Positions 10,601 to 25,600 of a stretch of 64,000 bases of DNA are shown in pieces (the first letter of the stretch is position 1; the number at the start of each line of letters is the position of its first letter). A program made the position numbers and the translations under genes. Origin of the DNA: Somniosus microcephalus (taxonomy: Eukaryota); NCBI GenBank assembly GCA_052327205.1, contig CM126224.1, positions 19,096,001 through 19,160,000 on the forward strand, written 5' to 3'. A model generated the notes under the pieces. The model was not told the origin of the DNA, ran no database searches, and worked only from the letters and a program-made list of their open reading frames with translations.

Positions 10601-13600
10601 NNNNNNNNNNNNNNNNNNNNNNNNNNNNNNNNNNNNNNNNNNNNNNNNNNNNNNNNNNNNNNNNNNNNNNNNNNNNNNNNNNNNNNNNNNNNNNNNNNNN
10701 NNNNNNNNNNNNNNNNNNNNNNNNNNNNNNNNNNNNNNNNNNNNNNNNNNNNNNNNNNNNNNNNNNNNNNNNNNNNNNNNNNNNNNNNNNNNNNNNNNNN
10801 NNNNNNNNNNNNNNNNNNNNNNNNNNNNNNNNNNNNNNNNNNNNNNNNNNNNNNNNNNNNNNNNNNNNNNNNNNNNNNNNNNNNNNNNNNNNNNNNNNNN
10901 NNNNNNNNNNNNNNNNNNNNNNNNNNNNNNNNNNNNNNNNNNNNNNNNNNNNNNNNNNNNNNNNNNNNNNNNNNNNNNNNNNNNNNNNNNNNNNNNNNNN
11001 NNNNNNNNNNNNNNNNNNNNNNNNNNNNNNNNNNNNNNNNNNNNNNTGGAGGTTCCATCACATGACCTCTCACCTCCAACTGATCCACCCAGTCAGTCAA
11101 ACAGCCTTTCGCTCCTTCCCCACCCCCCCCATCTAATTTTTTTATAACTAATAAACAAGTGTTTAACAAGATTATGGGGAAAAAAAACACAACCCCTGAT
11201 TATTCTCCCAGTTTGCTTGCAACAGTGTCCAAGAGATCAATCTTTCATTGCCGAAGACTCCAGGACAATCCAGGAGTCCTCTATACCCTCACAGCCCCCA
11301 ATCCATCAATCACCCGTCCTCTCCTGAAGGAGTGACTTATGTTGCAATTTGGCATCAACCATCTGGTACCTCGCCCCAGGTGATCAATCTCAGCCGGACA
11401 CTAGACCGAAACTGTTAGCAGAGTATTTAAACTGGTCAGGTCCGGATCCGATATCAAACTGCACACTTTTCAGCAGCCGTATGGAAACCCTGGCCGATTA
11501 CACCCTCCCCAACCTAGGGACACAGGTCGGTGATAGCACCTTTAACCTAGCTGCGATAGGCGATCTGTCCCAGTGGTCTTTGCTGATGCGGCACTACAAA
11601 CAGACACTATGGGGGAGAAGAGTGTCTCATGGTGACTTGTCCTTTATTTATCCCCCTGCCCTCCCTTCCTGTGGAGAAGCACCTTGCCAGCCCCCTCGTA
11701 CCCAATTCACCACAAAGGATGCAGAAGAACAGAGTGGGTCACAGATCCCAGCTCACATCCTGCTACTGTGACACAGAACAACAGCTCACTCGTGCCACTG
11801 CATGTTTCCTTTAATGTTTCATAATTTGTTGATCTGGGGCAAGTTGTGTCACACTGGACAGCATCGCCAATAGTTCAAAGCAGCTTTGTTGACCAACTCC
11901 AATTAACAACTAGAGGAAAAAAGTAGTGAGAACTTCCAACACGTTCAGAGGCCAAATGTGAGGGTGGTCAGAGTGTGATCTTTAACTGTGATATTCCACC
12001 TCACATGAATCTTTGAAGGACTGGGTGGCACAGTGGGTTAACATGCTGTCCCATCACCTCTGACTGAATGTACCCCACTCTCCTCTCTGCACAGACTGTA
12101 CATGTTTTATATTAAATGTTCATTGGGCGCAGGGGTCCACTAAACTCTCGCTCTCCCTCTCTCTTTTCCCTCCTCCCCCCCCCCAAAAAAACTCAAAATC
12201 AAAACAACCGACCATGGGGACCTTTAGCAAAGACTGGCTGAAGCGCCATGCCAACTTCCTTTACTTAAAGGATGTTTGAACATTGGTGAATGGGTCACCA
12301 TATTCCCAAATAGTCAAACAAACAAAGCCAATATTCAAGTGATTCAAAAAAATAATCAGATCAGGTATGTGATCACAAATGGAGATGCATAATTGCCCAT
12401 TCAAATCTCTGGATTAGCAACATAACTACTGCCGGAACTGGCTGTATTTTTTTTGGCAAATACAGGAACTCTCTTCTATTAAAATCTGCTTCTGATTTCT
12501 CCTCCACCCCACTCCCCGTCACAACAGGGAAAATTAGGAGCACGAGGTAATTTCCTCAGACCTGCCCAGATGAACACGACACGTCATCAGCAGAACCAAC
12601 CATTACCACCTGTGTAGCTCCAGGTCAGGAAGGAGGCCAGAAAACAGCAACAGTAACCTGGACGGTATCCATACTGAACTCTGGAAATGGCCTGCTCCCA
12701 CCCCCTCATCCTAAAGTCATTGGTATCACACACTGAAAGGGGGGGAAATTGAGACTAAATGAACAGGCCAGGTGTCGAGTTCTTACCGGATGTTGTCGCC
12801 TCTGCCTTTTCTTCATTATGAGCTTCATTACCTATCCAGACAAACACCTAGAAACGAGAAGACCAAACTCTATCAGTTGAGTCAAAGAGCAGACAGCAAC
12901 TAAATGTTTAAAAAAACTTGCAACTCCTGTGGGTTAAAGACTCATTCTGGAGACAGACACACAATAACTTTGAAACCTCAACTTGAAAATTAATCGCAGA
13001 GAAGCACATCTAATCTTCCTGATTTGCTCGTCACTAGATGATAATTAAACTGAGAAATCACCAATGGTTTTTTATAGCACTCGCTCACATTACTCGGCTG
13101 GACGACAATAATTTGCTACCCTTCTTTCATGGTAAGCTATGGTCCCACTGTTGGACATGAGCCCTTCGACTGCATCAGGAAAGTGGCTCTCTCTCAAACA
13201 CACTGGGCTAATTTTGACTTTGGGAGATATTGGATAAGCCCCCTGTTATGCATCTCTCCCAGTTTTTACTTCCACTGACCAATAGAAATTAAAATTGGGA
13301 GAGATTTATAATGGGCGGCTGATCGGATATTGCTCGTTTTCCCCCAAGCCCAAGTCAAAATTATACACAATGGACTTTAAAAAAAAATATGAAACGAAAC
13401 AGATGTAGAGAGAGCGGAGTGATGTGACTGCTCCACAAGAGCTCTGGGCTTTTCCACAGATGCACTTTTAATAAACTCTACATCCCACCGGAAGAAATGG
13501 AAAATGGAGACTTTTAAATGTTAGAATGCAGGTGACCTGATCCAGACCAGCAGTGACTCACCTCTGGAGTAATAACTGCTCATTTTTAGATTAACTGCAT

Positions 13601-16600
13601 AATATATATTGCTCTAAATGTAAATACATGAGTTTGCAACCATTTATTTAATCACAGTTGACGACTACATATCGCTTGTTGTATTTCCTCAATATTAACA
13701 GCTTTGCATCATCAGCATATTATGGGTTGCGAAGATAGCAGGTTTTTGGTAAGAGAATAGATCTGCTCTCGTTCATCCTAACTCCACGAACAGCACTGTT
13801 CTCATGCAATCCAGAGCAAAGCTATATAGTTGTTTTTCTAATCGGCTGGTAGCACTTGCAAACTCTGGCCTCGTGAACTGCAGCCTCCTTGTATATGTGA
13901 GCAGATACAGCCCAACAGAAAAACAAGCTGGTAACCTCACCTGGTCCCATGTATCAAGAATCATGACATCATCGGTGGCCAAGTCATCCTGGGTCTGCTC
14001 ACCAGGCACTTCTTCAATCTGACAAGAGGAAAAAAAACACCAGATCAGTGAGTTTACGAGCAATTGTTATACCGTCATGTTCCGCACTCATTATAAGGCG
14101 AATGGTGTTAAAAAAGTTTGCTTCGGGCACTCGATGTCAAGCACACCCGGGTTAGACGGCCACCAGCTAGATGCAGCGTAAATGTCTCAAATGGCAAAAG
14201 CATCCCTTAAATGCACCAGTTGAGACATTTATCCAATTTCTCAAACAGGCCATCCTGTGGCCTTGTGAAGCAAGATTGCCCATTAGTGACCAATCCGGGC
14301 CAGTTTTGTAGAGTGGATCCGTTGGAAATAGATTAAGAGTGCCCAAAGTCATTTCATGCAGGACCTTTACAACCAGCAGACACAGAACATCCAAATCAAT
14401 CAGTCGAGGCTGAATTTAAAGCACTACCAGATGGGAAGGTCAATATCTAACCCTTCCACGTTTAAAAATATAAAGCATTCCCTTTGTAGAATCACCCATT
14501 CTAATGGCGAGGTGGAATATCTGCCGTGAGGAGAGTGCTTCTTTTTTTTAAATTTTTTTTTATTAAACCACCTCAAATCAGGACACCAAGTCTTTAACAT
14601 CTGGGGATAGAAGTTACTTTGAATGTTAGAGTCTTAAAGACTTAAAATAGCACAACAAAATTTTACACAATTGCCCATTAACCAAGTCTTTAAAAACAGC
14701 ACTCAAGTTATTTCTACCTTGGAATTAGTTCAGATTTTTCTTAAGCTTGGGGGTGGTGGGGGGTCATACTGGTCAACTCCATTACATCATCAGAGGTTAC
14801 AGGGGGCAGCTATGCGAGAATTACCCCCCTACCCTCGCTGATTGGGCCAACAGTGCCAACTCCATGTGTTATTTCTCAGAGTCTTGTGTTGTGTTGTTTT
14901 TCTTAAATTCCCTCCATTAAATTGTTAAAACTCCCTCCACCCTCGTGTTTGTCGCCAAGCAAACAAAAAAAAATGAAATTAGATCTGCAAACCCATGTGC
15001 CTGAATAGAGATAAAATTTCATAAAAACAGCTCTGACCTGATGGGTTATGTCCAATTAGATTTGAAAAATTACTTCGCACTCTTCCAAGTGATGATATTG
15101 TTTTACAGAATGTGAACAGTTCCAGGGCAGTCACCACTCCACCCATCAGAGGGGGTTGCTGAGTGGCAGTACGTTGTGGACAGAATGTACTTCATGCTTA
15201 AATTGCTTCAGAGTTTCCTACTCCTCCATAAAATGTGCTGGAATTCCTTACCTCAGTATCATGCAAGCACATTCCTCATTTTCAGCTGAACTGGTTTTGC
15301 TTACACTGACGGGATCAGATCACATAGTAATCACAAAATGGAAGCCGACACCAAAATCTTCAAAGAATGCAACCTGGCACCACTCCCAAGTCCATTGCTC
15401 TTTCCTTCTTTTAATGACTCAGGATTTCTCAATTTTTTTTTTTTTTTTTTAAGTCCGCCCTCATCAGGCCCCAGTCCTGGTCAGGAGAGTGGCTGGTGTG
15501 ACAGCACAAGGCCCCTTGCGAGTGCCAGCCAGGCTGACTTCACAAGACCCAAGCTAATTATGGATGAAGGTGGCCATTTGGCCCATCTTAATACATCCAT
15601 CAGAGATCCCAACACCCGCCCACTGTAGTAACCAACTGTTTTTGCTTCCAGTAGTTTACCTGCAAATCTAACCCACATTTTAATTGCTCTTTGCACAAGG
15701 AAGAATTTCCTTGTAACAGTCCTAAATGACATAGAAAATGCAACAGGCCATTTGGCCCAACTAGTGAGACCGCACCTGGAATACTGCATACAGTTTTGGT
15801 GTCCATACTTAAGAAAGGACATACTTGCTCTCGAGTCAGTACAAAGAAGGTTCACTCGGTTAATCCCGGGGATGAGGGGATGGACATATGAGGAGAGGTT
15901 GAGTAGATTGGGACTCTACTCATTGGAGTTCAGAAGAATGAGAGGCGATCTTATTGAAACATATAAGATTGTGAAAGGGTTGGATCGGGTGGATGCGGGG
16001 AAGATGTTCCCGATGATGGGTGAAACTAGAACTAGGGGCATAGTCTTAGAATAAGGGGCTGCTCTTTCAAAACTGAGATGAGGAGAAACTACTTCACTCA
16101 GAGGGTGGTAGGTCCATGGAATATGCTGCCCCAAAAAGCTGTAGAAGCTACATCATTACATAAATTTAAAACAGAAATAGACAGTTTCCTAGAAGTAAAG
16201 GGAATTAAAGGTTACGGGGAGCAGGCAGGAATTTGGACATGAGTCTAGGTTTGGATCGGTCATGGCCGTGGGTAGCGGAGCGGGCCCGTGTAGCCTGATC
16301 CTGCTCCTATTTCGTGTGTCTAATTCTGTTAGATTCAGGAGATGGTTCTGTGATAGTGGATTGGCGGTTAGGATCAGATCAGCCATGATCTTATTGAATG
16401 GCGGAGCAGGCTCGAGGGGCCGATTGGCCTACTCCTGCTCCTATTTCTTATGTTATGTTCTTAGTCCATGCCAGTGTTTATGCTCCACTCAAGCCGCCTC
16501 CCATCCTTCCTCATCTAACTAATCAGCATAACCCTCTATTCCCTTCTCCCTCTTATGCTTATTTACTTTATTAGTTTGAACCAGTGTCCCCTTGCTCTAC

Positions 16601-19600
16601 TTCTGCAGTTTAATTTAAGGTAGTATACAAAGTTATGTTTTTCCATGCTGTACCAATCTTGCATAACTCTACAAATTGCCTCTCAGACACCTTACTTAGA
16701 CTGAAGTCAAAGTTTCTCAAGTCTTTCCTTGCAATACATACCCTTGTGGATCTACTCTGCATTGCCGCCAGTGTCTCGGATTTCTCCACTGTCTTGTATT
16801 CCATTATCTTGGCTACGTAGTTGAACATCTTACTGGCTTTGCCAATTGATGCTCTGCATCAGTTGGACATGTTGAGCATTGCGGTAACAAAGACCTCGAA
16901 GCCCATTTCATTTTCATCTTTAGCGCTTTCAACACCATTCATGGGAGTTCATGTGGCGTCTATTTTTCTTACCCATGTGCAGTACTGAACACTTCTCAGC
17001 ATTAAATTACACCTTCCATTGTTTTGCCCATTTACATATTTTGTCCAACTCATTCTGTAATTGCAGAGTTGCCTCTTCCGATTCCAACTCCTTGTTTGCC
17101 ACCATTTGCGAATTTGAGCACTTTGCATGGAGTTTCTCAATCCAAGGCATGTATGTAAATTAGAAAGAGCAGGGGGGTCCCAGCAGCGAGCCTCGTTACC
17201 CCACTCAGTACATGTCCCCACTCTGGACAAGACTCCGCCAATGTGTGCTCAGTTTTTTGTAATCCATTCTCAAGATTCACCTTGAATCCTCACACCTTTA
17301 GAGTTTAAATAAGCCTTTGGCGTGTAACTTTTATCAAACGTCTTTTGCTAGTCGAGGTACGTCAAGTCATTGGGCTTCTTTGCGGAAGTGACAACCCACG
17401 TGCACAGCTGTCACTTCCTCAAAAGAAGTCGAGGTTGGTCAGGCAAAAATCTTCCCTTCCAAATCCTTGGGGAGTAAGCCCACATCATGCTGGCCCAGTG
17501 GCACTATGCTGCCAGCACTCTGATGCCAACGTGCCTGTATTTCAGAAACTAGTATCCACTGCTAGTCAGCTGGCAAATTAACACGAGTGGAAAAAGGTCT
17601 CTGTCTTCAAGGTCACTAATTCCCATTTCACTATCAGAATTCCCTATTGAGCAGTCAGCCGAGACCTCAAACCCCTCACACAAAAAAAAAGGGACTCTGG
17701 ACTGAACCCTGCTGCTAATTTGAAATCTAACACCTCAGTTATCTCACACGAGTGTTGCACCATTGTACCACGGGGCCAACAATTCCTGGAAACCCAAAAC
17801 GCGCAGCAACCGAAGGTTAAACTCACAATGAAGCGTCCAGTCTTGTTGGAGCACGCAAAGAGACGAGGAGGATGAACGTCCATTTTGTTCTTCAGTCTCG
17901 GAGATGTGCGATAATCTGCCTTGCCGCCCAAGATCTCCCAGAACTCATCTGTCATCAAAACAGTAAAAAATAAAAGCGTAGAAGAGAGAAACAATTAGAC
18001 ACGCCACAAGAGATGTACGGACTGCAGTGAGAGGATTGCAAGCAAGGTTCAAGCGGTGTATTTACTCTGAAAATACTGTAGCAAGTCACAAGAAAAAGTG
18101 GGCGAGTCACTGGTTTAAAAAGACAGCGGTCCACATTGTATATTTTTATACAGTTAATAAAAAGTCTGGTGGTTGAAAGTTTATATAATGTGGGCATCTT
18201 TTGCACCATTAAAATGGAAAGGGAGTTAATCAAGAAGTCATCAGTACAAGGTGGCTGCGATTTCCCACCCCCCTGTTTTTCCTGACACTAGCATTGCAGA
18301 AAATAAAAGGCGCCACAGACAGAATGCATCATCATCAATAACAGTAAACGGTCAGAGCGCGCGCGGCCGGCAGCGCAGGATCACGCCGTCACCCACCTGG
18401 CTCACTGCCCTCGCCTATTTCTGAGGCACTGGCCCCCAGAATGTCGAGGAGTTGTTGGGCCCCTTGCTTCTCGGCATCACTTGCTCCCCGGCCAACCCAG
18501 ACGAAGGACGAGCCAGGAGTCGTCAGGACAAAGACGTCATTTGAATTCAGGTTGGAGGCAACGGCGTCGACCTGTGGGGAATGGAGACAGTTCACAACAC
18601 CAGCGAGGACAGCCACCGTCCCCAGCAAGCCCAGGCCCACACAGGAGGGGGTCCCAAATACACAATGCGACACATTTCCACAATGTCGCACCTGAAATTT
18701 CAGGTTGCCCGACCCACAAAGACTTCAGATATACTCCAACATTCCCATCTCATATTTCAAGACTTGTAAAACTCAGGCAGGGGCAGAATTGGCTCAACAC
18801 CAATTTATTGGGTAGGGGCGGGCAGGAGGAGGAGATTGGGGCCGGACCAAAAGGTGGAACCACAGCTTGAGCTCTGCAGCTGCTTAAATCACCTCAACGG
18901 CATTAGTAACTGATGTCTCCAAGTTACAACACGGGAGCAGGGGGGGGGGGGGGCATCATTTGAGTTGGTGGTCAGACAACTCCCTCAAAAAACCAGACAC
19001 AATTAGCAACCCTTGCCCATATCTGGCCCATGGGAGGAAGCTCCTATTAGTCAGAAGACAAGACACTTGCTGTTCTCACCTTCTCGGCACACTGTCCTTC
19101 TCATACCAAGCATCTGCCAGCTCATTACCGACGACTATGCCTGCCACACTTGGATCAGCTTTCCCACGGGCAAGCTGCAGCCACAGTCAATCAAATCAGC
19201 AGTTCGATAAGATTTGCAGGGATGTCCTGGGAACTGACTGCATGCACACAGTACTTGGAGCACTGCCAGACAGCGAGGACATTTGTTACAGAAGGAAAAC
19301 CTTTTGGCCCAATGACTATTCAACTGTTTTATCATCTTCTAAAGCAGAGGGTCCCTAACTGGGTGGGTGGGGGTACACAATGACATCATCGGGGTTGGGG
19401 GGGGGGGGGGGGGGGTACACAAGGAGGACACTGGCTGTAACTCACTACAGGTCAAAACCACATTTTCTCCATTGGTGCCACACTCTCAGGCAGCCTCTCC
19501 ACATTCCAGCTCACGGGTATCTTCAATACTCCTCCGTTGCATAGAATCTAAAATAAAATTAATTAGAAGGAGTTTCTATCTGAAGGCAGCATTTTAGGCG

Positions 19601-22600
19601 ATCGATGGCAGAAGTGTGAGGGCGGGGCAATTGGTCAAGTGACAAAACCTCCCGGAATACGTTCCACCAGGAGCTGGCTACCCCAGTGTGGGTGAAGATT
19701 TATTGATCAGTGCATTCCAACCGCACGGCCTTCACACCGGGGGGATAGCGGCAAGTAACAAGTAACGATTTCCCCACATGGAGCTTGTATGAAATCAGGA
19801 AGTTTGTGTTTTGTGGCAGGGACAGCCCATGCCAGGAAGTACAGGTCACTGTTTAGTCACCGTCTCCAGCCTGCCTTGTGCATCAGTGACATCTGCTGGC
19901 AACACACCAGCCCTGCGAGAACTCAAGGAACCGGGTGGGGTGGGTTCCTGAAGTCTGTCATTTGTGGTGAAATCAAACATGCACAAAAGGAAAATCTTTA
20001 AAACTCTTGCTACGAAGAGCGAAAGGAAACCTCGTCGCTTATATAGTCAACCATCCCCTAAATTTCCCCGGAACAAGGCTCCTCCTTGCCTTTTAGTCAG
20101 ACCTGCTCATCCTTCAATAATAAAAACAGAAAATGCTGGAAATACTCAGGTCAGGCAGCATCAGTGGAGAGAGAAAGAGAGTTAATGTTTCAGCACTTGT
20201 TGAATATCTGTTACATCTCCAGCTTTTTTCCAGTTCTGACGAAGGGTCATCGACCTGAAACATTAACTGTTTCTGTCTCTCCACAGATGCTGCCTGACCT
20301 GCTGAGTATTTCCAGCATTTTCTGTTTTTATTTCAGATTTCCAGCATCCGCAGTATTTTGCTTTTGTGCTCATTCTTCATAAGGATTTGAAATGGTTCTC
20401 ATGGAATAGGGAGGCAAAAGGAAAGCCGGCATTAAACCAACTAACCTCCACTGCTCTGGTGGATCCCGAGCTACTGGCCCGGACTTGGAACAAGCGATTT
20501 TCTGCCGGCGCGGTCTGGCCGTCTTCCCGAGAGGTGCCACCTTTGTAAACCACCATTGGCTTTCCTCCAAACATGCTCATCAGATGGGCCGGCTCCTTGC
20601 CCTGGACCACACGCACCTTTTGAGTGACGAGAGAAGAAACAGTTACTCTTACATACGGACAGGACACTAAAAAAAAAGTGAAGGTGGTTATGGGGAAATC
20701 CGGCCTTGCAGAGATCAATTACTAACATGATCTAATACACTGTTTTAATCTTAGGAAAGCCAATCTGTGCAACCCACCCAATTAATAGGTGTACTGTAAT
20801 ATGAAGCATTACATAGAGTGGCCCATAGAATCTCAGACTGGACCATTCTGACCTTTAAAACTGCCCAGGTTTTGGGCTGAATTCCCACCTTCTAACACTT
20901 GCTAGCCTTGATTCTCCCCAAAGCCTTTCCACCATCTACAAGGCACAAGTCAGGAATGTGATTGCATACTCTTCACTTGCCTGGATGAGTGCAGCTCCAC
21001 CACCACAAGAAGCTCGACACCATCCAGGACAAAGCAGCCCGCTTGATTGGCACCCCATCCACCACCTTAAACATTCACTCCCTCCACCACCGGCGTACCA
21101 TGGCTGCAGTGTGTACCATCTACAAGATGCACTGCAGCAACTCGCCAAGGCTTCTTCGGCAGCACCTCCCAAACTCGCGGCCTCTTCCACCTAGATGGAA
21201 GAGGGCAGCAGGCGCATGGGAACACCACCACCTCCAAGTCACACACCATCCTGACTTAGAAGTATATCGCCGATCCTTCATCGTCGCTGGGTCAAAATCC
21301 TGGAACTTCCTACCTAACCGTACTGTGGGAGTACCTTCATCACACGGACTGCAGAGGTGGCTCACCACCACCTTCAAGGCCAGCAACGCCTACATCCCAT
21401 AAATGAATAAAAAAAAGTTTAAAGTTGGTGTTTCTCCTTGTACTGGGTAGCAATGTGGGATATCATTGGTTTGATCACATACAGAGCCCGTGACTGCTCG
21501 TCAGAAACTTCATCACTGGTCCTTGTTCCAAACGGTGGGCTTGGGGGGGGCAAGCAACTTATTTTGCTTTCTTAAATTTCCATCTGGATCTGGACCTACC
21601 GTCACTTGAAGCAAGAACAGCGCCAGTGCTCAATTGTGGTGCCATGAGCTACTTGCACATGGGCCGTGCCCACATTTGCCCAGGTGAATTCCTGTTTTCG
21701 GCAGGAGGGGCCAAATGGAGGCCTGGCACATTCCTGCTGGGTTTTTTAAAAAATTTAAATATTCGCTTCTGGGATTAGTTACAAAGTGCCTGCCCTTCAG
21801 GACCAGACAACAATGTGCACTGCGAGGGAAAGAACAAATAGAAAATAAGGGGTTTAGATACTGATGTATCTATTAAAGCGCGTACATGGTCAGTGCCTTT
21901 TCCTCCCAAACTGAACGTTGTAAACTAGATGGTTGATTGGACAGACAGATCCACCAATGAACTCAGCCCATGTTGATGTGGTGATGCTGCTGCACAGAAT
22001 GCCAGGGCATGACTTTCAGCCGTGCCATTTTCCCCACCGGCGTTGGGCTGCCCGAGGAGATGGGAAAGCAGAAGTTGCCCCAGGAGAGAGAAGAAAAAAA
22101 AAAAAACCCCCAGAAGGGAGAGTTTATCCCACAACCATCTCGCATACGTCCTGGCAACCGGCTGCACAGGAGCAGTGTTGGAGGCTTGAAAGCCAAGCTG
22201 CTCACACTCAAGTGGTGGCCAACCATGGCGTGTTTGGGAGGGCAGTGGTGGCCAACCATGGCATGTGGGGAAGGCGGGGGGGGGGGGGGGGGGGGCGGTT
22301 TGAAAACAGAAGGATCACAGCTCCGATAAGAAAAAATAAACTAGCTCATGATATTAATATTTTCCAGCACCCGCTAGGGCACATTTCTCAGTAAACCATG
22401 CCTCGTGATTGTTTACGATCCCCTTCTATAATCCCTGGAGAGGCCGTGTCATTGAAAGGGAAAAACGAGAGAGAGAGACACACAAACACAGACAGTGCAG
22501 CAGTAGTGTGTTTGGAACAATTCAAGAAAGAGTAAAATAAAAAAGGAATTTCAAAGCAGTAGCTTAAATCAGACAGGAAACAACTGAGATTAGTCACCGA

Positions 22601-25600
22601 AAAACAAGCTCTAAGTGCAGAACTGACCCATGCAAAGAGAGAAAGATGGCAGAGACGGTGTCCTTAAAGCAACACTAAAGTTAGGTGGAGCCTGGTTTCC
22701 TGTTCGTACAAATCAAACACATCCCACACTTGTAACCGGTCACTGCCATAGTCCCAGTGTCAATGTAAAAGTGCCTAATATCAGTACAGTGGAATCCCTG
22801 CAACAAGTCACAGGTAGGAAACAGACAGAACAGGTGTAAAGTGGTGACTGTGCCATGACAGAGTGTGGAAGGAGCTGGCCTGGAACTTATGTTAATAATT
22901 CACCTGGACATCAGTTCACATGCGGGCATGTGCAAGGCTTGATTGTAGGCATAAACCCGATTAAAGCTGATAATTAGCCACCCCCCCCCTCCCCGAGAGA
23001 TGAATTAAGAGGTTAAAGTCAACAATGGTAGACTGCTGTGTGGTGCTGCTGTTGCAGTCACTCTTCTGCTACAGGGAGCACTTGATGGGAAACATCAATA
23101 TAGATCACGCCTTCAGTCAACTGCCACGTACAGGCAGCTGAACAAAACCCCATTGGGGAGCAGGCACCGAGGGGGTACGTCAGCTGATTTTAGCATTATG
23201 CCGTGAAGACAACTGTAATAGCTCATGATTTACTGAAGTAATTGGTTTGTTCCTGCCATTAAACCTGAAGTTTGCAGGTTCTGATCACTCGGTTCTACTT
23301 TTGATCTGAAAAGCACCAATTTTCTTGTAGCGGATTTCATGCCATTTTCCTAACACGAATTCAGAAAGAACAAAAACAATAGAAAGCTTCCAGCACCCAT
23401 ATCAGAGAACAGGATTTCCTGGGCTATGTCAAGTGCTGCATTTCAAATCAAGAAATTCTGATAATCGGATAAAAGTCAGAAACCTGAAATTCTGACGGAG
23501 CCTGTAACATGCTCACAGTTGTATTAAAATATAAAAGAAATTCCCTCTATTAAACTACATGTTTGTTTCCCAGTGCGGGGGGTGGGGGGGCGCGTTGCCA
23601 TTATTGCCGTCACTGTTTCCACTGAGTCTTGCTCTGTGATTAGATGCTCCCTTTAAGCTGCTCGGCCACGCAGCGCTCCGAAGCTCCCGCACAGCCAGCT
23701 CACCCGCATTTTGGGGAAAAACCCTCACGTGCGCCGTATGGGGCACGCACCCCCCACCCCAAAAATAAATTAAGGGAACATTGCTCCATTCTCCAGAGTT
23801 TGGGGCCAAGGCAGGGGAAGGGAGTCAAGATACAGATCAGCCGTGACCTCACTGAATGCCAGAACAGACTCGAGGGGCTGAATGGCCAACTCCTGTAACT
23901 AGGTTCTGCTGTGAGGATCCGTCTGTCTTCCATCACAGCCAGAGGTTACCCTGTTGGGTTCTGCTTCCTCACTCGTGATAATGTATCAGCTACTTGCCTG
24001 TACATTATGAAACTAGCGCCTGACGCATACAAATTATAGTATCCAACTGACCTTACAAAAAGACTCCTTCCCATTACAGTCAAATTATTTTTTTTGTTGC
24101 AATTTCTGGGCCTTTGTGCAAATAGCAACTGTTTTTTTTTTGGTTCATTGCTGATGCCAACTACAAAAAAGCTCTACTCCCAAATTCAAACAGGGATGAA
24201 AAAGTATTAATAGGCAATGGCCCACATTTAAAAAAAAAGAGGGGGTGGAGAAGAGAAAAAAAAGTTTTTTTTAATATTTCTGCCCACTAATTTGAATTCT
24301 CACAGGATAACTGAAAACAATTATAACCCAACTTCTGTATGCACAAGAGTTTAGCTGTAGATCTCCCATTAGATTCCCTCCCAGTCAGGAGCAAGTGAAA
24401 TTCCCTCGGTGCATTAGTGAGGCTGTAAAAGTCTGGGGGGAAACTGCAGCTTCTGAAGCTCCATCTAGTGGAAGTAGTAAGCGGCTGCGGGTGTGCCCAA
24501 ATAAGGACTGCGTCACATACAAAGCAGATTGAACACATCGCACAGATGCACAATAAGAAGTCTATCTTTAGTCAAAAAGCTGGGAGTGGCAGTGGGTTGG
24601 AATTCTATCGCCCCCGTGGGATCGAGATGCCAGCCTTGACTAGTGGAATGCCTTTGTTGGCTATGGTCAAAAGTGAAGTGGCCAGTTTTAACCCTAATGG
24701 GCACAGATAACTGGCACAACTGCCAAAAAGATCAAAAGCTTTAAAAAAAAAATTAGCATTTGTGCCAGTGTATGGACACAACACAATTACAAAATTCCTC
24801 TGGCATTGTAAACGGCGGTGTTAGTGCATTTAAAACAAATGGGATACCATCACTGTTAAATTAGGACTGAGGAATGTCGTTCAAATTCCTCAAGTATTCC
24901 AGGGCCAATAACCCAAACAGTAAATCCTAGCCTTCGACTAAACAGCTTCACTCAAGAGAAACAAGGAAGGCGAGGTGAAAAATGCAGCGAGATGGGCTTT
25001 TCCTTCTCATGTTGGGGTGGAGGCCGAGACAGAACAGAGAGCTTCATTCTGAATCTAACCACTGCTGGATTTCAATTGGAAGCTCCCAGTGCCGACACTG
25101 GCTGCCAAAATTAGAAAAGGGTTTAAACTTCACAGCACCGACACCACCCTTTTTCCTTCTAAAACCCCACCCACGTTAACATGCGAGGGGGGAATTGGAG
25201 GCAAGCAAAACTAAAACCAAAATGGTACACTGACGTGATCAGAGGATCAGCTACATATTTAATCTTTCAGGAGGCCAGACAGACGACATCAATGGATGCA
25301 AAGGGAAAGGCATTCCATCTACAGCTGCCAGTCTACACTCTACTTTGCTGGTGATAAAACAGCTGTTCACTCAGAGTGCTTGACAAAGAAAGCAGCGACA
25401 TAAGGCCAACTCAAGCATGCACTACTGCCCCATGCCTGCTAGGCTCATGGTTAGAGACACAAATGCACTTCAACTTTCTACTAGTCCCGCATCACTCAAA
25501 GCCAAGGGGGCCACGATCTACAGCGAGCCGGTGCAGATACCTGGTTAACGATTCGGGAACCGTCAGGTCCCTGCGGGGAATTAGGAATTCAGTCAGTCAG

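Noticed and set aside
10449-11190. Long ORFs of 232 and 238 aa in the ORF track
   Set aside because: Artefacts of translating through the 500-N gap.
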